A stretch of 64,000 bases of DNA from Octopus sinensis (taxonomy: Eukaryota), in assembly GCF_006345805.1 (NCBI RefSeq), contig NC_043012.1, positions 39,308,001-39,372,000 on the forward strand. Reading direction: 5' to 3'. How positions within the stretch are numbered: the stretch's first letter is position 1; each line of letters begins with the position of its first letter. The notes beneath the pieces were generated by a model that made no database searches, was not told where the DNA came from, and saw only the letters and a list, made by a program, of their open reading frames with translations. A program made the position numbers and the translations under genes. Positions 14,820 through 26,946 of this stretch are shown here, piece by piece.

Positions 14820-15330
14820 CTATGGCGAGGCAGTACTTTTATCAATGTGATATTTGGAGTAGTTTTTTCTAAGAGCTTGTTCTCTTGAGCGCTGCACACT
14901 AATGTCTCACTGGGCTCTTTGAAGTCTCCTTTCTGCTGCCATTACCAGCTTCTATTCCAGTCAATATCATCTTTATTCTTCATGAACTGACTGTGCATTT
15001 TCTTGTCCTGCCAAGTTTTCTTCATCTACTATCTCTGGCCTTTCTTAATTTGTATTAGATCTACGGCTTCGTTCACTTTTAAGGTTCCCTGCATTTTCAC
15101 TGCTTCAATCATTTCTTCTTTGCTCCCCTTGACATACCAAGCTAAGCTATTCTCCTTCACAACATATCCTCCTTCTTTCCTCTTTACATACAATCTTCAC
15201 ACGTCACTCTTGGGGTGAAGTCCTTTGTTCGTTGTCATTAATTTACGTGTTCTCCGGTCTATCACTTGTAATTCAAACTTTTTCCAAGATACTGTTCCTA
15301 CCCTATATCTTCATCAAAGCAACAGCCTAC
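14820..15330 (-). mobile_element. Old R4/Dong-clade LINE fragment (RT thumb region)
   Basis: IDRRTRKLMT..LHPKSDV*RLYVKRKEGG and WQDKKMHSQF..W.W..KGD..CSAQ motifs with stops. Confidence 0.65.
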
Positions 15331-15362
15331 TGGTAATTGTTATTATTATTATTATTATTATT

Positions 15363-16202
15363 CAGTAGTTTTATTTTTATAGCGTGCTTTCACTTCACTA
15401 CCGAGCGCAGCTCTGTGTTCCTTGGGTATGTGCTGTGATTTTTGTGATGCTCTGATGGTTATGGTATGGAAAGTGTTCTGCGTAGGATGTGTGCAGTGCC
15501 TAGTAGTGCAATTTTCTGTATGTTATATGTGTTTGTAAGTCCTGGTGTTTTTGTTATGTATTTGTCTGAATATTTTTTATATCATGCCTAATGCACCACT
15601 ACTATGATAGGAATTGTTTCTGTTTTCAGATTCCACATTCTAGTTACCTCTCTATTCCAGTCTTTGTATTTTGAGAGTTTCTTCATTTCTTTTAGAGACA
15701 CGTTGTCATCTGCCGGTATTGATACATCAATTAGAAAGCATTTTTTTTCTTCATGATCTCTGTCAACTATATCTGGTCTGTTGGCCTTAATTTCTCTATC
15801 TGTGGTGTATCGGCATATCCCAGAGTATGGTTGCTTTCTCGTTTTCTGTGACCTTTTCTGGTGTGTGCCTATACCATCTTTTTTCTGTTGTTATTCCATA
15901 ATGTTGGCATAGCTTCCAGTGTATGTAGGTTCCAACTCTGTCATGTCTGTGAATATATTCCTTCTTAACCAGGACTGGGCAGCTAGAGATAATATGATTT
16001 ATTGTTTCTTGTCCATCTCCACATATTCTGCAGTTACTTGTAATATTTCTTTTCATTACATGTTTTTGGTAATTTCTGGTGGGGAGGCTTTGGTCTTGTG
16101 CTGCAATTAAAAATCCCTCTGCTTCTGCTTTGAGTCCTGAGCTTCTCAACCATTGCTGGGATTTTTCTTTGTCTATTTCTTTTGCGTTTAGTTTAGTGCA
16201 GT
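15363..16202 (-). mobile_element. 5'-truncated R4/Dong-clade non-LTR retrotransposon (CCHC plus restriction-like endonuclease)
   Basis: CRICG..ETINHIISSC..YIHRHD; ILWD; ANRPDIVVRD..CFLIDVSIP..KKLSKYKD..RMW..GALG..KIALLGTAHILRRTLS; flanked on both sides by (TAA)n. Confidence 0.9.
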
Positions 16203-16231
16203 ATTATTATTATTATTATTTAGTTTAGTGC

Positions 16232-16307
<76 letters not shown>

Positions 16308-18040
16308 TATTATTATTATATTTTAAAAAAGGATTTACGTAACTCTTCACAAAGGCAAACAGCCAAGACGAAGAGCACGATTCGATTATCATCACCATCA
16401 TCATCATTATTATTGTTATTATTGTTATTGTTGTTGTTGTTGTTATTGTTGTTATTATGTATATCATGCATCCAGATTTAAATGATTAGATAATATTGCT
16501 GGAATAACAAACGGGAGAAAGTGTCTGCTGTAAATAAGTGTCCTTATGCTTCAGAGAGCGTCACGTTGTAATTGTTACATTCTTCCACATTGATTCTCTC
16601 TGCCTTGTCAAGACCAGCTGTTAATAGCAACCACATCTCTCTGCAGTGATATTCTCTCGTCTCAACGAAGGAAAGATCATAAGAAATAATACAGACGTAG
16701 ATAAAGCTTACGAAGCCAGGATGGATGCAGTAGGAATGCGATGCAGGTAGAAGGGTGTTGCTTAACGTATTGGTAGTCATTGTGCGTTAAGATGCAACAC
16801 AGGGATGGTCACATGTGGAGCGCATTTCATCAAAGATGAGTCTTCTCTCTCAACGCCGATGGGAAGCAAGACAGCAAATACAACAACAATAATTATAATA
16901 ATCATAAAATTATCTTTACCTTGAAATGTATTTCAGTATTTGAGAATGCAAAAAAATATTACCTTTTGTATAACAGCACACACACAGAAACATAAATATA
17001 CACACATACACACGTGGGCACACACACATACACACACACTCACACACACACACACATGCATGCATGCATGCACTGGAAGATACTCATATACACACATGCA
17101 CGCATACGGTGTTTATTACTATGTCGTTACAGTTTCTCAGTAACTGTTATACACACACACACACATACACACACATACACACACATATATATATAAGGGG
17201 AAGGAGAGGGTGGGGGAGGGAGTAGAGAAAACGTGTGAGATAGAAATAGAAATAGAAACAGAATGATATTTTCGTAGATGTTGTCAAATATATTGCACCA
17301 AGTTCAATATTCGCCAGTAGTGAAATAGTCAACTTTGAAACAATCGATTCTGCAGAGTAAGGATTCAAGATAAGAACAACGGTTTTATCTCTGCTTCTAT
17401 CATTTTTTTCTAATTATTTTCGCTGATTACTTAACTTCTTCTTAATTAACGCAACACTCGCTGTGAAGACCTTATAAAACATTCATAAATTTATAGATAA
17501 CACTCAACACTTTATATACATACACAAGCACACATATATATACACACACACATATATATATACATATATATCATATGGGTGTGTGTGTGTATAAATATAT
17601 ATATATATATATTTATGTATGTATGTATGTATGTATGTATGTATGTATGTATGTATGTATGTATGTGTAGGCTATGCAAGTCTAACAAGTCTTGTGTTTA
17701 TATCTAAAGGTTATGTACTTCTTGTGTCTATTGACTCGTTTAAAATAATCTCCGTCGATTTCGACGATGAATATTCTTTGTTTTTCGGGCAAGTGCAGCT
17801 AGAAATGCTCAAGCAGCTCGTGTATATCACTGATATTTCTTTAACTTCATCAGGAAATTAGTAATCGTCATCAACGTAGGTTTGATATTATACAGGGCCA
17901 AGATAGACATATCCATACTGCAATTCACCGTTGTTGGTTAGCCTCATATTAAATTGGTGAATGGTTTAACTTGTTTAACCATGTATCATTTTGCTATGGC
18001 TCTTCATATCCTGGGTTCGATACCTAGCTCTCATTGGCTG

Positions 18041-18084
<44 letters not shown>

Positions 18085-18791
18085 CCCCCGTCTTTGAACA
18101 ACAGGCTACGAGCCTTCTCCTGACATATCAATTACTCGCCTTTCTCCTGGTTCCCCTTCAGACAACACCCATAGCTATCTTATCGACCCGGAATGTACTG
18201 CGGCATATCTTCCTTGGTCTTCTCTTCGGTTACTTTCCTCTTGTCAGCTTGCATTCCTTTAGGACGGTAGCATGTTACCCCTGCCGTACTCCAAGAACTT
18301 GGCCAATAAACCGTCTCCGCTGCTTCTCATGTCAGCCCTTCCCGTTCTCTCATTGTTATCCCTTACCATGATACCATGTAGTCTAGGTTATTATATGTTG
18401 GTCTTCCTGGGGTCGGGAAAATTTAATACCTGAATTGTGCTAGATCCCAAGTGACTTCCCTCATTCCTTACACATACCGAGCCTCGTGCCTAAGCTGGAA
18501 GCAATATTGCATGATCCATTTAAGGTTTTAGATTACAGGATCGGTTGAACATCGTAAAAGATTTTTGTGTCGTTTATGTTTTGATTTCAAATTCAGCTAA
18601 AATCAAATTTATTTTGCAATATATCCGAGGTAAATAAAATGAATTGCCCGAAATACACAAGGGACGCTTTAACCGATTGTCCCCTGCCAATGTTTGTGGT
18701 TTTATACCTATGATAGAAGGCAAAATTACGTCATTGATAAAAATCGATTCTACATCGGAGATCATTTGACATTGTCAACATCATCACCTTC

Positions 18792-18985
18792 GAGCAGGCA
18801 GAATCATTAGCACGCCGGGCGAAATGCTTAGCGGTATTTCGTCTGCCGCTATGTTCTGAGTTCAAATTCCGCTGAGGTCGACTTTGCCTTCCATCCTTTC
18901 GGGGTCGATTAAATTAGTACCAGTTACGCACTGGGGTCGATATACTCGACTTAATCCGGTTGTCTGTCCTTGTTTGTCCTCTCAA
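18792..18985 (+). mobile_element. SINE family B copy (start of Tx1-like tail, truncated)
   Basis: GGCAGAATCATTAGCAC..GAGTTCAAATTCCGC..CATCCTTTCGGGGTCGAT; matches 29632, 37378 and 61399 copies. Confidence 0.85.
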
Positions 18986-19225
18986 CACATGGCTATGATG
19001 CTCCCCCACTACTTCTGCTCGTGGTCAGAGATGCACATATCGTCATCCACTAAGGGACATGCTCAACTGGTTACGGTCAAACAACTGACGAGCAAATCTG
19101 GTAAGGAGCAGAATATTTGCTGTAGCCCATCTTTTAATACCAAGACAAAACAATGTACATGATAACACTTTCAATCAGTTAAGATCAGAAGCCATGAGAG
19201 CCAATGCCTGGTACTGCATCAGGAC

Positions 19226-19232
<7 letters not shown>
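18986..19232. mobile_element. Unclassified interspersed repeat ending in (TTA)n
   Basis: Non-microsatellite segment abutting SINE-B and a (TTA)n tract; family not identified. Confidence 0.3.
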
Positions 19233-19277
<45 letters not shown>

Positions 19278-19285
19278 GTTGTTGT

Positions 19286-19319
<34 letters not shown>

Positions 19320-19639
19320 GTTGTCGTCGTCTTCTGATATTTATTCCATCGGCCTTTTCGAAGACTAAATGGGTTATTGCATATCACGGGATTTGAACCC
19401 ATAAAATATTGAATCAAATTTGTTTAATGGATGAAGCGTTGTTGTAGTTTCTTCTGTTGCAGCATCAGATGTAAATCACCTCCGTCTGTCTCAATGAATT
19501 ATTGTCTGAGAATCATTGCATTGCTTCGGGCTTCTTTCACACTTGTCAGTGGAAACCAGGAAGACAGGTTGTCATTGAAGCCATTGTTTTTCCGCGGCAA
19601 TCTCCCCAACCAACAGTATAGGGTGTATGTCTATGTGTA

Positions 19640-19960
19640 TTTACTGTGCGTTTGTGTGTTTGTGTGTGTGTATGTGTGCGCGAAACACACAAGTACCCTT
19701 TGAATCTACGTAAGATTTCTTGTATGTATGTATGTATGTATGTATGTGGTCTGTGAGTGTGTGTGTGTTTCCGTATGTTCGTACGTGTGTGCGAAACAAA
19801 CAAGTACCCTTTGAATTTACGTAAGATTTCATGTATGTATATGTGTGTGTTTGTGAGTATTTGTGTGTTTGTGTGCGTGCTTGTGTAAGTGTACGTGTAT
19901 GCGAAACACAAACGCATACCTTTGTATCTATGTAAGCTTAATCTTTCATGCATTTATGTA
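19640..19960. repeat. Three diverged tandem units with core GCGAAACA..AAGTACCCTTTGAAT.TACGTAAGATTTC plus TG microsatellite
   Basis: Cores near 19679, 19791 and 19901. Confidence 0.7.
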
Positions 19961-20189
19961 TGTGTGTGTATGTGTGTTTGTCTGAATGTATGCCCATCTA
20001 CAAACACAGAAACCCACTCACACAAACATATACTTGAATACGTACGTCTACGTGTATGTAGTTATGTATGTACGTATCCATGTGTGTGTAAGTATGTATG
20101 TGCGTCTTGGCTTTTTCGAATTCCTTACAAATGGAGAATGAACCAATTTCTAACTGAGAACTAAGCGTCGTCCAATTATGCATACATAT

Positions 20190-20534
20190 GCCGTGGCACT
20201 CCGTCGGTTACGACGACGAGGGTTCCAGTTGGATCCGATCAACGGAACAGCTTGCTCGTGAAATTATCGTGCAAGTGGGGAGATTCAGCGTGACACAGGG
20301 TGTGATAAGGCTGACCCTTTTGAAATAGAGGTACAACAGAAACTGGAAGAAATAGTGAGAGAAGTTGTGGTAAAAGAGTGCAGCAGGGTTCGCCACCAAC
20401 CCCCGCCGGAGCCTTGTGGAGCTCTGAGGTGTTTTCGCTCAATAAACACTCAGAACGCCCAGTCTGTGAATCGAAACCGCGATCCTACGACCGCGAGTCA
20501 GCTGCCCTAACCACTGGGCCATTGCGCCTCCACC
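20190..20534 (-). mobile_element. SINE family C (tRNA-derived head)
   Basis: Minus-strand head GGAGGCGCAATGGCCCAGTGGTTAGGGCAGC..GGTTTCGATTC with A and B boxes; related copy at 50955-51265. Confidence 0.85.
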
Positions 20535-20548
20535 ATACATATATAAAA

Positions 20549-20804
20549 GTAAAGGTAAAGGTTACCTTTTCGAATCATACCGACTCATAAGGGCTGGTAC
20601 TCCGGACTATATGGTGTATATACATCCCCACCTGGACGGGACGCTGGTTCATCGTAGGGTTACTCATTCTTGCCTGCTGAGACGGCCGGAGCAACGTGAA
20701 ATGAAGTGTTTGTGCAAGAACACAACGCGTCGCCCGATTCAGCAATCGAAACCACCACTTTACGATCATGAGTCCAACAACTTAGCCACTAGGCCACGCG
20801 CCTT
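20549..20804 (-). mobile_element. SINE-C-related copy with different body and CCTTTA-type tail
   Basis: Head AAGGCGCGTGGCCTAGTGGCTAAG..GGTTTCGATTG; tail AAGGTAACCTTTACCTTTAC. Confidence 0.7.
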
Positions 20805-23800
20805 AACATATATGCGAATCTATATACATGTACACATGCATCAACACATCTACGTGCGCATGTATACATGGGCACAATCATGAGTAGTTTTGCACGTGAT
20901 CTCTTATAACATGCTGAACTACACAAATGTTTTATAATTTTTTTCCTACTTTGGACATCTTGAAGGAGTAATCTTCTATAAGAGATATACTTCATGTTGT
21001 GTGAACCCAAGCTTTTCAAGATTGGTACAGAAGTAGTTAGTCATGATGTTAATACGCTATGCAGTAACTGTTGGTAGAAATCTTAAGTTGTATTCTAGAT
21101 GTATGCATGCGTGCATGACAGTAAGCATGTATGTACGTGTGTGTATTTGTCTCTGTGTCGACGTGTGTATATATAATATTTTGTAAACATCCTGCAGACG
21201 AAAGTGCTACCAGTTGAAAGCTCCGCAAATTCTATGCTAGCAAGCTGATTGGAACATCGATGAAAATTGCGCGCAGTTTCGGGGCCTTCATCTCGACAAC
21301 ATTATTGTGCACCGGTCCTCCCTCACTGAGAATAAGCTCTGCTTGCTAGATCAACTGGTGATTAGGTTTCTCTCGATAATATTCTAGCCATTGTTAATCA
21401 TTTCTTGTAAGTATGAATGTATGCCTGAATGTTTGGTGGGGTGACGGAGGGGGAATATTGTAGTCGTTTGCCGGATTCAAACCAGACACAATGAAAACGA
21501 CAAGGTTCTCTTGCTGAAATCAAAGCAGCATTTTAAGTTTTTAAATTAGTTATCGTGTTTATATATGTAGATGAATATATACATAAATTTGCACTCGCCT
21601 AGAAAGAGTTCATGTCACTTTAGTACACTAGTTCGATGGTGCTTCGTTACAGTTTTTCTGAGTCTGTGTTTCTCTGCTTGTTTTTATTCCGCATGCCCAT
21701 GGCATTGGGTGCATTATATTCAATGTAGGAACCTGAAATGCAGGATCCCTGGAATATTTTACGATTATTCACTATACCCCTTAATTTATTGTATTTGAAA
21801 ATCCGAATAATTTTCCTTTGGGTTTATTTTCTGATAGAAGTCTAGCACTTCTAAGCTTTCATGCAACTGGTTTGTTAGATAATCCTTACCACCCCTGATA
21901 TTAGGAAAACAATCCAAGTCTACAGTCTTCGGTGTAAAAGCTGTAAATTTCCCATTACTTCCTCATAAACATCGTCCTTTTTCGAATCGATTATATAGTG
22001 AGAAAATTCTAGTCTAACGTGGTGGTCAATAAAGTTGAACCTAAGATTCGTAGTTGTGATGTGAACTTCTTAACCTATGCACCCATGAATTATCCAACTC
22101 ATGCATCGGTTATTGTAGAATCTAGCATTTCTGATATTAATTACGTATCTTTTAATAAACCATATTGCAATTCTTCCCTCAAACATCCTATATTCTAGCG
22201 GAAAGGTGGGCTTTGTGAAACGTACATACATCGATCAATGTTTTAATATGTTCTATTATAACCACTTTCACAATGGGATCCAATAAAACCAGCCTCACTC
22301 AACATTTCATCTAACGATATTGGCAACTTATTAATCTATGACGTCATACATAAATTAAGAGATATTTATCAGAAACGGACACCGCTTCCTTCATTTCTGG
22401 TGTAATCAGATTGTTATATTATTTCTTATATATTGGTTATTAATGCACGGCACCTTAGATAAGTTCCTCAACTTTTCCTCTACCGAGTCGATTCAAAATA
22501 TTGTCCATGAACCGAGTAGATTAAACTTGCGATAAAACGTTTAATAGCGTTTATCTACATCCGGGTGGTTGACTTTATTCGTTGTCTGATTTTACACCTC
22601 ACCCGATCTTTGCTATTTACAGTATATATTCGATTCTGGTTCAAACATTCGGATGTGTCCTGTCTGTATATCATGATCTCGCCATTCTTTCCTGTATGTC
22701 TTGGAGGTTCAGTAGAACGATATCACTTGGACAATCTTTTCTCAGTGGACAATCTAGAAAGATTGTTATCAACATTTAAATAAGATTCATGCTTTCCTGT
22801 TCATCAGAGTCTTAGTTACATGGGGCTTCTTGTAATCATGTATTTTATTAGATTTATATAGTTTAAAAAAAATTACTATATTAAACTGACTTTAGGGAAC
22901 AATTTGTCGTTGTTGTTGCTCTGTTTATATTGTTTAATCTAGGGTGAACTCACAAGGAACATAGGTTTGACCGGACACGATCCAGAATTAATGATGGAGT
23001 CTTTTCTTATGTGCAAGCAACGTAAGCGTGTCACTATCTGTGTTCAAAGACAGCAAACTGTGAATTACGGGAAGATTTCATGGCTAATCCTAGCAGGTTC
23101 GGATACCATCTTGTGACGCCTTTCTTTAGGGATATTTTATTTTCAAAGACAGAAGCAGAAATCTCGTACGATGAGGAAGAAACTTCGTTTCCTCCAGTTG
23201 AGGGTTGTGTTTTCTTCTTCCTTTGTTGTTTGATTTAAACAATGTTTATATATGCACTTCTTTCTCTGTGTCTTTTTGTGTGTTTAGTCAAGAAGAAAGT
23301 GTGGTGACCATGACATCCGAATGGTCTCTTAGGAATGTTGAATTGATGCGGTTAACGGTCAGTATAAACATCAATCAACAGGGTAACGGTGTTACAAGTG
23401 GTTGACTTTTAGAAGGAAAGGGTAATGAGGTTCGTCCAGGATATGGAAAGTCCAGAGTTTGAATGCCTAGTGCGGGGAACACGAAAGTGTTAGATGTGTT
23501 TGAGTGGAGATGTGGTACACCTCGCTCGCTTTGTATGAAAAAACCACTGTAGGGTTGTAGAGCGGGCGAGTTTTTAGGAACCAATGACTGAAGTGTAATA
23601 GTAAATAAATGCTCGATTATATGTCAGATCAATAATAATTGATAAATATGAATCATCAACAATATTACCTTTCCTTATAAGAAATATTGATTAGTTATCA
23701 ATATTTGTTGCCTGATATTGTTTGTCATCAAATGAGTAATATATCAAGGATCCATGAGAAAATTAATCCCAGGCATTAATTAGAAATGCAACGTAGCCTT

Positions 23801-23958
23801 CGTATCCTAAAATTAGCTGGTTTTTGGTAGCATTGAGTTCTATTTCTAACGGTTCTGAGGGCCACATTTTGGTTTGCATTTGACTGGCTTTTAGTTTAGA
23901 TGCGAAACATGTTAAAATGACAACAAGGTGGTTTCACTTAAGTATACATTTAACACAG

Positions 23959-24119
23959 GAGACGAGTCCATGTCGCAAACAGCACCTTTACCTCCAGCAG
24001 GACAAACGACTCCAACTCTACCAACGTTACACCAAAATTATAATCACTACCACCACCAACATCACTCCCATCCGTCTCAGTTTCCTCCACTTCTTATGGT
24101 ACCGGCCAGACATTCATGA
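23959..24119 (+). CDS. Putative terminal coding exon, (G)DESMSQTAPLPPAGQTTPTLPTLHQNYNHYHHQHHSHPSQFPPLLMVPARHS*
   Basis: Acceptor catttaacacag, phase-1 start compatible with the 9310-9358 exon, Pro/His/Gln-rich and more GC-rich than its surroundings; no homolog recognised. Confidence 0.35.
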
Positions 24120-24359
24120 GATGGAAAACATCATGGACATCGCTCCTCCTTTCATGAATAACAGCGTCTGTTGCCATTAATAGCCGACGAGGATGTATCG
24201 TAGCTCTTCACTCCAACATGCGAAACTACGAGTACTGTAATGACAATCTTTTACTCTTTGTTCTGATTTATCACATACAAAAATAATCCTCCATTTCTCA
24301 AATGTCGGGTCTCATTTTATGAGGTTAATTTTTATTGTCATTGTTATTATATATATTAT

Positions 24360-24642
24360 TTTATTCTTTTACTTGTTTCAGTAATTTAACTGTGGCTATG
24401 CTGGAGCACCGCCTATAGTCGAGCAAACCGACTCCAGGCTTTATTCTGTGTAAGCCTAGTACTTATTCTATTGGTCCCTTGGGCCGAACCGCTAAGTTAC
24501 GGTCATACCAACAACGGTTCTCAAGCGATGTTGGGGGGAACGAACACAGTCACACAAACACACACACGCACACACACTCACTCACACACACACACACACA
24601 CACTCACTCACACACACACACACACACATACACACACACACA

Positions 24643-24682
<40 letters not shown>

Positions 24683-24745
24683 GACGAGCTTCAAGTTTCC
24701 GCCTACCAAATCCACTCACAAGGCTTTGGTCGACCCGAGGCTATT
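24360..24745 (-). mobile_element. SINE-A copy with central (CA)n
   Basis: GCTGGAGCACCGCC tail and CCAAATCCACTCACAAGGCTTTGGTCG body. Confidence 0.85.
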
Positions 24746-24751
24746 TATGTA

Positions 24752-24797
<46 letters not shown>

Positions 24798-24800
24798 ATA

Positions 24801-24868
<68 letters not shown>

Positions 24869-25023
24869 AAAGATAAATGCGATACAATAAAATTAATTAT
24901 AATCGCCGGTGTACCAGTACACGCCATATATTATACATATATCATTACATTCAAGGCGAAGAGTGTACTAGATACACAATAGCTGGATAAATTTAGTGAG
25001 ATGAGAATTAAAAACTTTTACAA

Positions 25024-25187
25024 ACTTAACTTTTCTTATACTGCAGTTTCGCCAAATTCAGTAATAAAAATAGTATTTATTTACTCAGGCTGGCTCTTAC
25101 TGAATCTTACTGAAGAGCCAGCCTGAGTAAATAAATACTATTTTTATTACTGAATTTGGCGAAACTGCAGTATAAGAAAAGTTAAGT
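25024..25187. repeat. Perfect 75-bp inverted repeat (25024-25098 / 25113-25187, 14-nt loop), PLE-type terminal remnant
   Basis: Arms are exact reverse complements by direct reading; abuts (TA)n. Confidence 0.9.
25105..25177 (+). ncRNA. Minimal type I hammerhead ribozyme candidate (HHR1)
   Basis: TCTTA-CTGAAGA-GCCA..TGGC-GAAA-CTGCAG-T-A-TAAGA: intact core; stems I, II and palindromic III all pair. Confidence 0.75.
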
Positions 25188-25212
25188 ATATATATATATA
25201 TATATATTTAAA

Positions 25213-25610
25213 GTAACGGTTGATGCCACCTCAACGAGGTTGTTCCATGCAGAAAACTCTTTACTGTTATTACTCATCTTAAGCCCAGGAGGCCATCTCC
25301 TCCTGCAGCTGGTTAACGACACACTATCTGTGTCCGTTGTATTGCAAACAAGGGACCGAGCAACTCCCGTCTGGCGGTGACAGAAAACAAGAGACTGGCT
25401 ATTAACGAACAAGGATTATACCCAGGAGCTAGCTGCTAGTCTATTGCTTTCTGTGCCCGCCAGACGGGAGTTGTTCGCTCCCTTGTTTGCAATACAATGG
25501 AATACAAAGTGTGTCGTTAACCATCCGGATGATATGTCTTCCTGGGGTTAGTCAAAGTAATAACAGTGTTCTGAATGGAACAAACTCGTTGATATGGTAA
25601 CAAATGTCAC
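25213..25610. mobile_element. Old foldback/MITE-like element, ~180-bp imperfect inverted arms with a short spacer
   Basis: e.g. GGTTAACGACACAC / GTGTGTCGTTAACC, TTGTATTGCAAACAAGGGA / TCCCTTGTTTGCAATACAA, CAACTCCCGTCTGGCGG / CCGCCAGACGGGAGTTG. Confidence 0.75.
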
Positions 25611-25726
25611 TTCTCAGTAGAGCTTCTACTTGCATCCCTTATTGAGATTTTAGAACTTGCTACATTACTGAATACATATATATGTTATATATATATATAT
25701 TATATATATATAATATATATATATAT

Positions 25727-25788
<62 letters not shown>

Positions 25789-25792
25789 ATAT

Positions 25793-25849
<57 letters not shown>

Positions 25850-25852
25850 TAT

Positions 25853-26155
25853 ATAGAAGTAAATATATGGTACAACGAAGTACCGATATTTATATGTTGG
25901 CTGATGAAGATAAATCAAGTATATGTGTGCAGACATATTTTGAAAAATCTGAAACCGGTACCACATTATCCCTTTCTGGGTATTTCATCTTTCAGATGTT
26001 CTCCCTGGAGGTAAGACAATTTTTTTCAAGTTTGTTGCACACACGCATTTTTGCTAGTACATACGCGGTGAAGCTATACATTAGCGTCGTATTTATTACG
26101 TTCGTTATTTTCCAGTAAATATCGGTACTTCGTTGTACCATATATTTACTTCTAT
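25853..26155 (+). mobile_element. PLE solo pLTR-like element with perfect 40-bp inverted ends (25853-25892 / 26116-26155)
   Basis: Exact 40-bp IR; internal hammerhead motif followed by ATG..GAG|GTAAG splice donor. Confidence 0.65.
25894..25966 (+). ncRNA. Minimal type I hammerhead ribozyme candidate (HHR2)
   Basis: ATGTTGG-CTGATGA-AGAT..ATCT-GAAA-CCGG-T-A-CCACAT; intact core, stem I has a 1-nt bulge. Confidence 0.7.
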
Positions 26156-26214
26156 GTATAATTTTCCCTCACGGGCTATTCTTTACTGGAAAGCAATACT
26201 CTCGTATTGCATTA

Positions 26215-26265
<51 letters not shown>

Positions 26266-26357
26266 TGAAATAAAGTATTGATTGGGTATCATCTGATGGT
26301 TGATGTTGATTGATTTAAGTATGTTTCTCCATTTTCTAATTTTGTAATATATATATG

Positions 26358-26418
<61 letters not shown>

Positions 26419-26627
26419 TGTAAGTGTGTATGTATATGTATAAATGCGGTCAATGCTGTAGTACGCGTGGTCATTCCCTTCCACCATTTTGTTGTTTTTA
26501 GATTCCTTAATACAATGAATCGGACAGGTCTTCTTTATCCTAGGTGACACAAAACTCCATGATTTGTCCTCCACACGCCACTTCACACACTGCATTAAAA
26601 TTCTCAATATATATATATATAGTATAT

Positions 26628-26669
<42 letters not shown>

Positions 26670-26678
26670 ATATGTATA

Positions 26679-26729
<51 letters not shown>

Positions 26730-26878
26730 GTATGTATATATATATATATTATATATATGTATATATATATGTATGTATGTATATATATATGTATATATAT
26801 ATATATGTATGTATATTATATATGTATATATATATATATATATGTGTGTGTATGTATATATATATGTATATGTATGTA

Positions 26879-26946
<68 letters not shown>

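Noticed and set aside
17820-17862. Minus-strand CTGATGA..GAAA-TATC-AGT-GATA-TA
   Set aside because: No stem II and no stem I pairing
19063-19110. CTGACGA followed by a GCAAAT/ATTTGC stem
   Set aside because: Not followed by GAAA, so no hammerhead core
23380-23590. Faint LPF..DVY similarity to a PLE RT on the minus strand
   Set aside because: Too few conserved residues
24180-24238. Hammerhead-like ATAG-CCGACGA-GGATGT..ACATGC-GAAA-CTACGAG-TA-CTGT just after the putative stop
   Set aside because: The invariant U4 is C, stem II has a G-G mismatch and there is no repeat context; likely chance or dead
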